Positions 19,058-29,409 of a stretch of 64,000 nucleotides of DNA are shown here, in pieces (position 1 is the first letter of the stretch; each line of letters begins with the position of its first letter). The stretch covers positions 9,553 to 73,552 of the forward strand of contig JAISDJ010000031.1 of the NCBI GenBank assembly GCA_031264865.1, read 5' to 3'. Both the position numbers and the translations under genes were made by a program. Below the pieces are notes generated by a model. That model ran no database searches. It had not been told where the DNA came from and was given only the letters and a program-made list of their open reading frames with translations. This DNA comes from Tannerellaceae bacterium. GTDB lineage: Bacteria > Bacteroidota > Bacteroidia > Bacteroidales > Tannerellaceae.

Positions 19058-21427
19058 ATGAAGAAGCAGAAGAGAAAGTACATGACTTCAAAAGTAAAGA
19101 AAAGTATCATATTTGGATTTTGGATACTGTATGTCGTTATATTTTCAGTAGTTATTATTACATTTGCCGCAATAGCAAATGGCTCTATTGGCTATATGCC
19201 TCCGGTAGAGCAGTTGGAAAATCCGATAGATAAATACGCTTCCCAGATTATTTCGTCTGATGGAAAAACTTTGGGGATTTACGCCCATAGCGAGGATAAC
19301 CGCATTCATGTAAATTATAATGAATTATCACCCGATTTAGTAAAAGCCCTTATTGCTACGGAAGATATTCGTTTTGCCAGTCATAGCGGGATAGATGTAC
19401 AAGGGTTATTCCGTGCTGTTATAAAGAGAGGTTTGTTATTTCAAAAGAATGCCGGTGGAGGTAGTACGATTACGCAACAATTAGCAAAGCAATTGTATTC
19501 GCCCAGCGCTGATAACTTTTTTGAACGTTTGCTACAGAAACCTATAGAATGGGTGATAGCAGTGAAATTGGAACGTTATTACACAAAGGAAGAAATTATA
19601 AACCTGTACCTGAATAAATTTGATTTTCTGTATAATGCCGTAGGTATACAATCGGCATCCCGCGTCTATTTTGATTCTACTCCTAAAGGATTAAAAACAG
19701 AAGAAGCGGCTATGCTGATAGGTATGTGTAAAAATCCTTCCTACTATAATCCGGCAAGGTATAATGATCGTTCGAAAGGACGCCGTAATGTAGTATTATC
19801 GCAAATGGAGAAGGCTGGTTATCTATCAAAAGCCCAATGTGATTCATTAACTGCGCTACCGCTTACACTACATTTCACTCGTATAGACCATAAAGAAGGA
19901 TTAGCGCGGTATTTCCGTGAATATCTTCGTATGACTATGACAGCTAAAAAACCGGAACGTAAAAATTATGCTTCCTGGCAGTCGCAGAAATTTCAGGACG
20001 ATTCTGTTTCGTGGGAAATAAATCCGTTGTATGGTTGGTGTAATAAAAATAAAAAGGCAGATGGTTCATTCTATAATATTTATACCGACGGCTTAAAGAT
20101 ATATACTACAATAGACGCCCGCATGCAACAATATGCGGAAGAGGCCGTTCGCGAGCATATAGGCGGAACTTTACAACCTGCTTTCTTTAGAGAGAAAAAA
20201 GGGAGTAGCTACGCTCCGTTCTCCCGTACACTTTCCCAGGATGAAATCGATGGCATAATGCTTCGTTCGATGCAGCAGACTGATCGCTACCGAGGATTGA
20301 AAAAGGCAGAAGTAAGCGAAGCGGAAATTCGTAAAGAATTTCAACAGCCGGTAGAGATGACGGTATTTGGTTGGCAGGGAAAGATAGATACGGTTATGTC
20401 GCCTATGGATTCTATCCGATACCATAAAAGCTTCCTTCGTTCGGCTTTCGCAGCAATGGATCCGCATAACGGGTATGTGAAAGCATATGTGGGAGGCATA
20501 GATTTCAATAATTTTCAGTATGATATGGTGAATGGAGGGCGGCGCCAGATTGGTTCTACGATGAAACCATTCCTCTATTCATTGGCTATGGTAGACGGCT
20601 TTAGCCCGTGCGACCAGATGCTTCATGTGCCACAACAATTAATGGATGAAAATGGACGACCATGGTCGCCAAGTAATGCGGGAGCCAAAAGGGTAGAAGA
20701 AATGGTAACGATCCAATGGGGATTGCAAAATTCTTCCAACTGGGTAACCGCTTATCTGATGAAGCAGTTGTCGCCTTATATATTAGTTAACTTATTACAT
20801 TCTTACGGATTGAAAGGGCAAATAGACCCGGTAGTTTCCCTTGCTTTAGGAACACCCGACATATCCGTAGGCGAGATGGTAGGGGCCTATTCCGTATTTG
20901 CCAATAAAGGGATTCGTGTAGAGCCTATGTATGTTACACGTATCGAAGATTCTTTTGGTAATACGGTAGCAAATTTTAATTCTCAGATGAGGGAGGTACT
21001 AACAGAAGAAGCGACGTATAAAATGTTGCATATGCTTAGGAGCGTTATGGATGGGGGAACAGGTAGCCGTATCCGTTACCGTTATGGGCTTCGCGGGCCA
21101 ATGGGAGGTAAAACAGGTACTACGCAGAACCATTCCGATGGCTGGTTTATGGCTTTTACACCCAGCTTAGTGGGCGGTTGTTGGGTAGGAGGCGAAGAAC
21201 GTTCTATCCATTTCAATACCATGAATGAAGGGCAAGGTGCAAGTATGGCCTTACCTATTTACGGGCTTTTTATGCAAAAAGTATATGCCGACCAGACGCT
21301 TGGCTATTCGGAAACAGAAGATTTTGATGTTCCTCCACAATATGCCAATCCTTGTAAAGACCATACGGAACAAGAACTTTTAAATATCCCTACCGATATA
21401 GGTGGCATTGATAAAATGTTTGATTAA
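19058..21427 (+). CDS. mrcA: Class A penicillin-binding protein 1A
   Basis: 'EDIRF', 'GSTITQQLAK' transglycosylase motifs; 'STMK', 'SSN', 'KTGT' transpeptidase motifs; start 19058 or 19082. Confidence 0.9.
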   Translation: MKKQKRKYMTSKVKKSIIFGFWILYVVIFSVVIITFAAIANGSIGYMPPVEQLENPIDKYASQIISSDGKTLGIYAHSEDNRIHVNYNELSPDLVKALIATEDIRFASHSGIDVQGLFRAVIKRGLLFQKNAGGGSTITQQLAKQLYSPSADNFFERLLQKPIEWVIAVKLERYYTKEEIINLYLNKFDFLYNAVGIQSASRVYFDSTPKGLKTEEAAMLIGMCKNPSYYNPARYNDRSKGRRNVVLSQMEKAGYLSKAQCDSLTALPLTLHFTRIDHKEGLARYFREYLRMTMTAKKPERKNYASWQSQKFQDDSVSWEINPLYGWCNKNKKADGSFYNIYTDGLKIYTTIDARMQQYAEEAVREHIGGTLQPAFFREKKGSSYAPFSRTLSQDEIDGIMLRSMQQTDRYRGLKKAEVSEAEIRKEFQQPVEMTVFGWQGKIDTVMSPMDSIRYHKSFLRSAFAAMDPHNGYVKAYVGGIDFNNFQYDMVNGGRRQIGSTMKPFLYSLAMVDGFSPCDQMLHVPQQLMDENGRPWSPSNAGAKRVEEMVTIQWGLQNSSNWVTAYLMKQLSPYILVNLLHSYGLKGQIDPVVSLALGTPDISVGEMVGAYSVFANKGIRVEPMYVTRIEDSFGNTVANFNSQMREVLTEEATYKMLHMLRSVMDGGTGSRIRYRYGLRGPMGGKTGTTQNHSDGWFMAFTPSLVGGCWVGGEERSIHFNTMNEGQGASMALPIYGLFMQKVYADQTLGYSETEDFDVPPQYANPCKDHTEQELLNIPTDIGGIDKMFD

Positions 21428-21503
21428 TTTTCTCTTTTTTTCCTATTTTTTGTTCCTTTTTTCCTATATTTGGGAATTGTTAATCTTTTAATTCAAAGTA
21501 TGT

Positions 21504-23066
21504 ATGAACCGCGAATCCATTATTCGTCATTTAACGGAGACGGAAGGTGTCTTTGATTTTATTGTTATTGGAGGGGGAGCAACAGGCTTGGGTGTTGCTC
21601 TTGATGCAGCTACACGAGGATATAAAGTCGCTTTATTTGAACAATCTGATTTTACAAAAGCAACTTCCAGTCGAAGTACGAAATTAGTGCATGGAGGAGT
21701 CCGCTATTTGGCGCAAGGGAATGTTTCGCTTGTATTGGAAGCATTACGCGAACGCGGAATATTGAGAAAAAATGCACCACATTTAGTAAAAGACCAGCGT
21801 TTCCTGATTCCCTGTTACCGATGGTGGGAGGGACCCTTTTACTTCTGCGGGCTGGTAGTTTACGACTTTATGTCGGGTATCTTGCGATTTGGCCGTTCGA
21901 TGTGTATTGGCCCAAAACGCTCCGTAAAGACGATCCCTAACCTTCGACGGGAAGGGTTAACCGCCGGCATTTTGTATCACGACGGACAGTTTGACGATTC
22001 TCGTTTAGCTGTAAATATGGTGCGTACGGCAATAGATGCAGGAGCGTGCGTTTTAAATTATATGAGGGTTATCAATCTGTTGAAAGAGGATGGAAAAGTA
22101 ACCGGCGTAGTTGTACAAGACTGCGAAACCGGAGATACCTATCAGATAAAGTCGCATGCTGTTATTAATGCTACAGGGGTATTTGCTGATGCGATACTGC
22201 AAATGGATACGCCGGGGAAACGCCCGATGGTACGTCCGAGCCAAGGGGTTCATATTGTACTGGATGCATCCTTTTTAGCAAGTGATTATGCTATTATGAT
22301 TCCCAAGACGTCGGATGGGCGGGTACTCTTTGCTGTTCCCTGGCATGATAAAGTAGTGGTAGGTACTACGGATACGTTGATGAAAGAGACGTTGGAAGAA
22401 CCGGTTGCCTTGGAAGAGGAAATTCAATTTATTCTGCATACGGCAGGAAATTATATGACACGTGCTCCCCAACGAAAGGATGTACTTTCGGTATTTGCCG
22501 GACTCCGTCCGTTAGCCGCTCCCCGGAGTGAAGGGAAGAAAACAAAGGAGATATCCCGGAACCATAAGATTATTCGTGAGAAGTCGGGTTTAATTTCAAT
22601 CATCGGCGGAAAATGGACGACCTACCGGAAGATGGCGCAAGAAACGTTAGACTTTGCTATTCGTCAGCTGCATATACCCACGCGCGACTGTGTAACCGAA
22701 TTCTATCCTATCCACGGATCAAAACCCCATCCGGATTTCTCGGATCCACTCTATGTTTATGGTTCGGATGCGGATGAGATACGGAACCTGATAACTTCCG
22801 CGCCCGGAATGGCAGAGAAAATACATCCCAAGTATGCTTATACGGTGGGAGAAGTAACCTGGATTGTCCGTAATGAAATGCCGCGCAGGCTGGAGGATAT
22901 ACTCGCCCGGCGTTTGCGTATTTTATTCTTAGATGCTCGTGCCGCTGTGGAAATGGCTCCCCGCGTAGCTGAAATCCTTACGGCTGAGTTATCAAAAGAC
23001 GATGCTTGGAAGGAAAACCAGTTGAATGCTTTTAAAGAAGTAGCTTCTGCTTATATTCTTGTTTAG
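21504..23066 (+). CDS. glpD: FAD-dependent glycerol-3-phosphate dehydrogenase
   Basis: 'IGGGATG', 'TSSRSTKLVHGGVRYL', 'GGKWTTYR'. Confidence 0.92.
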   Translation: MNRESIIRHLTETEGVFDFIVIGGGATGLGVALDAATRGYKVALFEQSDFTKATSSRSTKLVHGGVRYLAQGNVSLVLEALRERGILRKNAPHLVKDQRFLIPCYRWWEGPFYFCGLVVYDFMSGILRFGRSMCIGPKRSVKTIPNLRREGLTAGILYHDGQFDDSRLAVNMVRTAIDAGACVLNYMRVINLLKEDGKVTGVVVQDCETGDTYQIKSHAVINATGVFADAILQMDTPGKRPMVRPSQGVHIVLDASFLASDYAIMIPKTSDGRVLFAVPWHDKVVVGTTDTLMKETLEEPVALEEEIQFILHTAGNYMTRAPQRKDVLSVFAGLRPLAAPRSEGKKTKEISRNHKIIREKSGLISIIGGKWTTYRKMAQETLDFAIRQLHIPTRDCVTEFYPIHGSKPHPDFSDPLYVYGSDADEIRNLITSAPGMAEKIHPKYAYTVGEVTWIVRNEMPRRLEDILARRLRILFLDARAAVEMAPRVAEILTAELSKDDAWKENQLNAFKEVASAYILV

Positions 23067-23096
23067 GAATGATTAACTCTTAATCAATATAAAAAT

Positions 23097-24608
23097 ATGC
23101 AATTGAAAAACAAGTATGTTTTAGCCATCGATCAGGGAACTACCTCGTCGAGAGCGATTCTTTTTAACCCTCAGGGGCATATTATAACAGTAGCGCAGAA
23201 GATGTTCCAACAGTATTTCCCTAATCCGGGATGGGTGGAACATGATCCGAATGAAATCTGGTATACCCAGTCGTCGGTTATTAAAGAAGCGATGGCAAAA
23301 GCGGATGTATCGGACAACCATATTGCCTGTATCGGGATAGCCAATCAACGCGAAACAACCATTGTATGGGATAGAGAAACTGGTTTTCCGGTTTATAACG
23401 CCATTGTGTGGCAAGACCGCCGAACGTCCGATTATTGCGAGGATTTAAAAGAAAAAGGATATGCCGAACGTATCCAACAGAAAACAGGCTTGGTGATTGA
23501 TGCTTATTTTTCGGCAACTAAAATAAGATGGATATTAGATAATGTAAAAGGCATACGCGAACGCGCCGAACGGGGAGAACTTTGTTTTGGAACCGTTGAT
23601 ACCTGGCTCATCTGGAAATTAACAAAAGGAGAACGTTTTATCACCGATATAACAAACGCTTCCCGCACTATGCTATTCAACATCCATATGCAGGAATGGG
23701 ACAGAGAGTTGCTTGATTTATTTATGGTCCCATCGTCTATGTTGCCGGAAGTGGTAAGTTGCAGTGAAGTATATGCCGAATCGAAAGAGCCGTTATTTAG
23801 ATCGGGTATTCCTATCTCTGGAATGGCCGGCGACCAGCAAGCTGCTTTGTTTGGCCAGCTTTGTATTGAGGAAGGAATGATAAAAACCACCTATGGTACC
23901 GGTTGCTTTATGATACTCAATACCGGAGAAAAGCCCGTTCTTTCCCGGAATCACCTGCTGACAACGATTGGTTGGAAAATTAATGATAAAATAACCTACG
24001 CATTGGAAGGAAGTGTTTTTGTGGGGGGAGCCGCTATTCAATGGTTACGCGACGGAATCGGGCTACTGCCGAATGCTTCCGTAAGCGAACAAATGGCAAA
24101 AGCTGTTACTGACAATGGAGGTGTTTATTTTGTTCCGGCGCTTACAGGCCTTGGCGCTCCTTACTGGGATCAATATGCTCGTGGCACGATAATCGGTATC
24201 ACAAGAGGAACAACAGCCAATCATATTACCCGCGCCGCTTTGGAAGGAATATCGTATCAGGTAGATGATGTATTAATGGCTATGGAGAGTGACATTAATT
24301 ACAAGCCTAAGGAAATCAGGGTAGACGGAGGCGCTATTGCAAATAATTTCCTTATGCAGTTTCAGGCAGACATCAGTCGCTGCCCGGTAGTACGTCCTAA
24401 AGTGCTTGAAACTACGGCGCTTGGAGCTGCTTATCTGGCAGGTTTGGCTGTTGGTTACTGGAAAGATATAAATGAACTGAAAGAGCAATGGTCGCTTGAT
24501 AAAGTCTTCCATCCGAAAATGAAAGAAGAACAAGCTTCCCAACTATTAACAGAATGGCACAAAGCGGTTGATAGCGCCCGGCATTGGGCACTGCCGAATG
24601 AAAATTGA
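23097..24608 (+). CDS. glpK: Glycerol kinase
   Basis: 'DQGTTSSRA', 'NQRETT', '[10 protein letters not shown]', 'TYGTGCF'. Confidence 0.96.
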   Translation: MQLKNKYVLAIDQGTTSSRAILFNPQGHIITVAQKMFQQYFPNPGWVEHDPNEIWYTQSSVIKEAMAKADVSDNHIACIGIANQRETTIVWDRETGFPVYNAIVWQDRRTSDYCEDLKEKGYAERIQQKTGLVIDAYFSATKIRWILDNVKGIRERAERGELCFGTVDTWLIWKLTKGERFITDITNASRTMLFNIHMQEWDRELLDLFMVPSSMLPEVVSCSEVYAESKEPLFRSGIPISGMAGDQQAALFGQLCIEEGMIKTTYGTGCFMILNTGEKPVLSRNHLLTTIGWKINDKITYALEGSVFVGGAAIQWLRDGIGLLPNASVSEQMAKAVTDNGGVYFVPALTGLGAPYWDQYARGTIIGITRGTTANHITRAALEGISYQVDDVLMAMESDINYKPKEIRVDGGAIANNFLMQFQADISRCPVVRPKVLETTALGAAYLAGLAVGYWKDINELKEQWSLDKVFHPKMKEEQASQLLTEWHKAVDSARHWALPNEN

Positions 24609-24627
24609 ACATTTAAAATCAAATAAC

Positions 24628-25368
24628 ATGTCTCCATTTATAGCAGAATTAATAGGAACCATGCTTCTTATCCTATTGGGAGTAGGCGTATGTGCGAATG
24701 TTTGTTTAAATAAAACAAAAGGAAACGGAGCCGGGTGGATGGTCGTTACCACTGCCTGGGCGTTGGGTGTGTTTATCGGAGTGGTTGTAGCCGGACCTTA
24801 TAGTGGGGCACATCTCAACCCTGCCGTTTCTATCGGTTTAGCCATTGGAGGAAAATTCCCCTGGTGTGATGTATGTACTTATATTGTTGCACAGATGACT
24901 GGCGCTATGTTAGGCGCATTTCTTGTGTGGTTTGTTTATAAAGACCATTTCGATGCTACGGAAGATGCAGCTACCAAGTTAGGTGTCTTTGTGACCAGCG
25001 CTGAAATCAACAATCCGGCTATTAATTTTGCCACTGAAGTAGTCGGAACATTTGTACTCATGTTTGTTGTCTTTTATATCACAGGCGGCGAGATTACCTG
25101 GTACGATAGCGACAGTACCTTACCTATTGGTTTAGGTTCGGTTGGAGCAATTCCTGTTGCATTTACTGTTTGGGTAATCGGCCTTTCACTTGGAGGACCT
25201 ACCGGATATGCCATCAATCCGGCGCGCGACCTGGCTCCGCGTGTTATGCACGCTATCCTTCCTATCAAAGGAAAAGGAAGCAGTCATTGGGGATATGCGT
25301 GGATTCCGGTATTGGCTCCGATAGCCGGCGCTGCTATTGCCGCTGCCCTGTATTACTCTTTAAAATAG
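24628..25368 (+). CDS. glpF: Glycerol uptake facilitator (MIP family)
   Basis: 'SGAHLNPA' and 'GYAINPARD'; start at ATG 24628. Confidence 0.93.
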   Translation: MSPFIAELIGTMLLILLGVGVCANVCLNKTKGNGAGWMVVTTAWALGVFIGVVVAGPYSGAHLNPAVSIGLAIGGKFPWCDVCTYIVAQMTGAMLGAFLVWFVYKDHFDATEDAATKLGVFVTSAEINNPAINFATEVVGTFVLMFVVFYITGGEITWYDSDSTLPIGLGSVGAIPVAFTVWVIGLSLGGPTGYAINPARDLAPRVMHAILPIKGKGSSHWGYAWIPVLAPIAGAAIAAALYYSLK

Positions 25369-25394
25369 TTATGCTTGAAGCAGGCCTCGTAGTT

Positions 25395-25841
25395 TCACTG
25401 CTGTAATATTTCTTTGATTATTTTAATTGCATCCGGGATGGCTGCTTCTACAGAAGAGGTCAACGTTGTGCCGACTTCGCTGATATTTTCTACTGAGATG
25501 ACAACTAAATAAATTGGGGGAAGATCGCCCGATAGCGCCATGACCTCTATCATGTCCTTTAATCCAATTTCGTGAGCGCTCATTAAGGGAGGAAAATCGG
25601 AAGCAAAACGTGGTTGAAGCATTCGTACGGTTCCCGGAGGGTGACTGTCGAGGGTTGCATCTACCATAATGATGCGGTCGTATCCGGTAAGCCAACTTAT
25701 CAGATGTAACCCTCCGGTGCCACCGTCTATAAGGGTAACGCCGGAGGGTAATTCTTCTTCTTCAAGTATCCGGACAACATGTATCCCTGCTCCTTCATCT
25801 TTTAACAATAGATTACCTACGCCTACTATCAGTGTATTCAT
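25395..25841 (-). CDS. hyaD: Hydrogenase maturation protease
   Basis: 'GVGNLLLKDEGAG', 'DGGT', 'SAHE'. Confidence 0.92.
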   Translation of the reverse strand: MNTLIVGVGNLLLKDEGAGIHVVRILEEEELPSGVTLIDGGTGGLHLISWLTGYDRIIMVDATLDSHPPGTVRMLQPRFASDFPPLMSAHEIGLKDMIEVMALSGDLPPIYLVVISVENISEVGTTLTSSVEAAIPDAIKIIKEILQQ

Positions 25842-26575
25842 TTGTGTTGAGCGGCTTTTGTTGCCAACTCGGCATTTTCATTTACTTCTTCATCAATGGC
25901 AACTTCTTCTTCAATGAATTTCCAGCCGCCGATCATAGAGGAGGTAACGCCCCGTCTTTCGATATAGTCGTGATAGAATACAAGATAAACGTGTACGATA
26001 GCAAACAAAACGAAAAACCACATCAGGAAATGATGAATTTGTCGTGCCATTAAGTCTCCGCCCATAAGAGGTATCGTCCAGGCAAAAAGCTGTGGCAACA
26101 GCGATTTACTCATTTTGGCATAGATTCCAAAACCGGTAATACATTGTAGTAAGAAAGCACAAAATGACGCAAAATAAATAACACTTGCCAGCGTATTATG
26201 TCCGATACTCTCCACTGGTTTATTTTTAATCATAAGCACATCAGTCTTTATGACGTCAAAGAATTCCTGCCATTGTTTCTTTTTCAAAGGGATAAAGTTA
26301 TTCCAATGCGAATAGCGATTACCCACAAATCCCCAATAGATACGGAACATGAAATTAAAAAAGAATACAAAAGCCGTCACGAAATGAATAAAACGGATCG
26401 TTCCGAACCAATAGCTGAAGTTAGCCTCACTCTCCGTAAGGATAGCCGGCGGATCAGCTATCAGATAACCGGTGATACATAAAATAACAATACAAAGAGC
26501 ATTCAGCCAATGGAAGAACCGTACGGGAAGTTCCCATACATACACTTCTCTCAGGCGTTTTTTACGACTTCTCAT
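25838..26575 (-). CDS. hyaC: Ni/Fe-hydrogenase b-type cytochrome subunit
   Basis: 'VWELPVRFFHW', 'GHN', 'HH...HVY' heme ligands. Confidence 0.92.
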   Translation of the reverse strand: MRSRKKRLREVYVWELPVRFFHWLNALCIVILCITGYLIADPPAILTESEANFSYWFGTIRFIHFVTAFVFFFNFMFRIYWGFVGNRYSHWNNFIPLKKKQWQEFFDVIKTDVLMIKNKPVESIGHNTLASVIYFASFCAFLLQCITGFGIYAKMSKSLLPQLFAWTIPLMGGDLMARQIHHFLMWFFVLFAIVHVYLVFYHDYIERRGVTSSMIGGWKFIEEEVAIDEEVNENAELATKAAQHK

Positions 26576-26587
26576 AGTAAATGATCA

Positions 26588-28309
26588 TTAGAATGTATTC
26601 ATTTGATGTACATATTTCCCTTCTTCGTCATATAGATGCACAGCACAAGCCAAACAGGGATCAAAAGAGTGAATGGTCCGCAAGATTTCGAGCGGTTGTT
26701 TCGGGTCGTGCACAGGCGTTCCGATAAGCGCTGCTTCATAAGCGGAAAGAACTCCCTTTTCATCCCTTGGCGAAGCATTCCAGGTAGTAGGGACCACCAT
26801 CTGGTAATTTTTCACCCGTTTATCATCAATAACGATGAAGTGTGATAAGGCTCCACGCGGCGCTTCAGTGAGCCCTACTCCTTTAGCTTCAGCCGGCCAA
26901 GCGTTGGTTTGCCAATTGTCGTGATTCACCATCCGGGTATCGCCATGGCGAAGGTTATCCATCAACTGATCGTGAAAATCAAGCGCCCAGTCGGCCACTA
27001 ACTTTGTCTCTAGGCCACGTGCAGCCGTACGTCCGAGGGTGGAGAAAAGTGCTTCGACAGGAAGTTCAAGTTGTTTCAGTACGCTATCTATAAGCGTTTT
27101 TTGCGGTTCTTTTCCGGCGGCGTAGGCTACCACCATCCGGGCTAATGGCCCTACTTCCATCGGACTGTCTTTCCATCGCGGCGTTTTGATCCAGCTATAT
27201 TTATCTTCCACAGTGAGATGTTGGTACGGTGGTTTGGGCCCCGTGTAATGAAGGCTGGTTTCCCCTTCAAAAGGATGCAAACCCACCTTATCGCCCGCTT
27301 TGTATGCGTACCATGAATGGTAGATATACTCTTTGATTTCATCAGGAGAAGCGGCATCCACAGGATGTACTTTACCAAGATCGCGGTTCATCACGATGCC
27401 GCGTGGCATACAGAAATCACTTACATCTGCATAACCATATAGCGGAAAGTCTCCGAAGGCAAGATAATTACTGATACCTCCTCCGATCTTACTCCATTCA
27501 TCTTTATATACGCCGGCGATAAGCAATAAGTCGGGAATATATACCTGATCGATAAACGTTTTTGCTTCTTCAAGCTTTTGACGGACAAAAGCAAGCCGTT
27601 CGGCATTAATGGCATTCGCTTCATTCAGGTTAATACTGCAAGGCATGCCCCCTACCACAAAGTTAGGATGCGGATTCTTTCCGCCAAATACCGTATGTAT
27701 CTTAACCACTTCTTTTTGCCATTCAAGCGCCTCGAGGTAATGAGCAACGGCAATCAGGTTCTGTTCGGGCGTCAGCTTATAAGCCGGATGCCCCCAGTAA
27801 CCATTGGCAAAGATACCCAACTGTCCGCTTCCCACAAACGTTTTAATACGCTCTTGTATCGCCATAAAATAACCGGCAGAACTTTTCGGCCAAGACGACA
27901 ATTGCTGTGCAGCCTGGGAAGCAACCACGGGATCAGCCTTTAAAGCCGATACCACATCCACCCAATCCAAAGCATGTAAATGATAGAAATGCACTACGTG
28001 GTCGTGCATATATAATGTAGTTGCCATCAGGTTACGCACTAATTCCGCATTCGGAGGTACAACAATATCCAATGCATTTTCAACAGCTCTAACCGAACAA
28101 AGTGAATGTGTAGACGTACATACGCCACATACCCTTCCCACAAAAGCCCATACATCACGTGGGTCACGGCCTTTTACGATGGTCTCGATTCCGCGCACCA
28201 TGGTGCCCGAACTGTAAGCCTCTTTTATTTTACCACCTTCTATTTCTACTTCTACCCGCAGGTGGCCTTCAATGCGGGTAATAGGGTCTATAACTATTCG
28301 CTCGCTCAT
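26588..28309 (-). CDS. hyaB: [NiFe]-hydrogenase large subunit, group 1d-like
   Basis: 'DPITRIEGH'; L1 'RVCGVCTSTH'; L2 'SFDPCLACAVH' followed by a cleavable tail. Confidence 0.95.
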   Translation of the reverse strand: MSERIVIDPITRIEGHLRVEVEIEGGKIKEAYSSGTMVRGIETIVKGRDPRDVWAFVGRVCGVCTSTHSLCSVRAVENALDIVVPPNAELVRNLMATTLYMHDHVVHFYHLHALDWVDVVSALKADPVVASQAAQQLSSWPKSSAGYFMAIQERIKTFVGSGQLGIFANGYWGHPAYKLTPEQNLIAVAHYLEALEWQKEVVKIHTVFGGKNPHPNFVVGGMPCSINLNEANAINAERLAFVRQKLEEAKTFIDQVYIPDLLLIAGVYKDEWSKIGGGISNYLAFGDFPLYGYADVSDFCMPRGIVMNRDLGKVHPVDAASPDEIKEYIYHSWYAYKAGDKVGLHPFEGETSLHYTGPKPPYQHLTVEDKYSWIKTPRWKDSPMEVGPLARMVVAYAAGKEPQKTLIDSVLKQLELPVEALFSTLGRTAARGLETKLVADWALDFHDQLMDNLRHGDTRMVNHDNWQTNAWPAEAKGVGLTEAPRGALSHFIVIDDKRVKNYQMVVPTTWNASPRDEKGVLSAYEAALIGTPVHDPKQPLEILRTIHSFDPCLACAVHLYDEEGKYVHQMNTF

Positions 28310-28315
28310 GGTATG

Positions 28316-29398
28316 TTATTCCTTCTTTTCGTTATCAATTAGTTTTTTCTTACGAATATTTGTGGCTACGGCATGGACGGCGATACCGGCGGCAGTAGCA
28401 GCGCCAATGGCAAGGCCAATCTGGTCGGCAGTAGCTTCTATACCAAAACCTGTCGCATCAGGAATATGCTTATAGAAGGGTGTATTGTCCCAGAAATCGG
28501 CTTCACTGCAACCAATACAGGGATGGCCACTCTGGATAGGATAGCTAACCCCTTCGTTCCATTTAATAATACCACATGAATTGTAGGTATTCGGCCCTTT
28601 ACATCCTACTTTATAAAGACAATAACCGCGTTTGGCATTATCATCATCAAAGCTTTCAACAAAGAGGCCGGCATCGAAGTTGGCACGTCTATAACAACTA
28701 TCATGTACACGGCGGGAATAAAAGGCTTTCGGACGCCCCAACCCGTCGAGCTGAGGAATGGTTCCAAAGGATAAAATATGAACAACCACCCCCGCCATAA
28801 CCTCGGCAATAGGCGGACATCCCTGTACATTAATTACAGGTTTGCCTTTGATGATTTTATGAGCCGGACGAGCTCCCGTAGGATTTGGATTCGCTGCCTG
28901 CACACATCCGGCACAAGCGCAGTTGCCCCAGGCAATAACGGCTTTAGCTCCTTTGGCAGCCTCTTCCACTAGCTGGCGGGCACTTTGTCCGCCAATGCAA
29001 CAGTAAGCTTCATTTTTTACAGGTATGGAACCCTCAATCATTAGTAAATACTCCCCATGATGCTTTTTCATGGTATCTGCCTTACAGGCTTCGGCCTGAT
29101 ATCCGGCTGCCACCATAAGCGTTTCGGTGTAATCGAGAGAAATCTTGTCGAAAAGAAGCGTCGCCAGCACAGGATGTGCCGAACGGATAAACGATTCACT
29201 GCAACATGTACATTCTTGCAGGTGAAGCCAAATGACAGGAAGCCTTGGTTTTGTTTCGAGAGCTTCTACTACTTGCGCTACTCCGCTGGATTCAAGGCCA
29301 AGCCAGGCTGCCATTGTAGTACAGAACTTGAGGAAATCCCTGCGGGAAACCCCCTTCCGGATACATTCCTCATAAAAAGAAGGTCTATTCTCTTCCAT
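28316..29398 (-). CDS. hyaA: [NiFe]-hydrogenase small subunit (Tat-exported, membrane-anchored)
   Basis: 'SRRDFLK' Tat motif; 'ECTCCSES'; 'GCPP'; distal and medial Cys motifs; C-terminal TM; start ATG 29398. Confidence 0.95.
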   Translation of the reverse strand: MEENRPSFYEECIRKGVSRRDFLKFCTTMAAWLGLESSGVAQVVEALETKPRLPVIWLHLQECTCCSESFIRSAHPVLATLLFDKISLDYTETLMVAAGYQAEACKADTMKKHHGEYLLMIEGSIPVKNEAYCCIGGQSARQLVEEAAKGAKAVIAWGNCACAGCVQAANPNPTGARPAHKIIKGKPVINVQGCPPIAEVMAGVVVHILSFGTIPQLDGLGRPKAFYSRRVHDSCYRRANFDAGLFVESFDDDNAKRGYCLYKVGCKGPNTYNSCGIIKWNEGVSYPIQSGHPCIGCSEADFWDNTPFYKHIPDATGFGIEATADQIGLAIGAATAAGIAVHAVATNIRKKKLIDNEKKE

Positions 29399-29409
29399 AA
29401 GTGTAATTT

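Noticed and set aside
26588-26670. [NiFeSe] hydrogenase or selenocysteine recoding
   Set aside because: L2 motif is DPCLAC with ordinary Cys codons and no in-frame TGA
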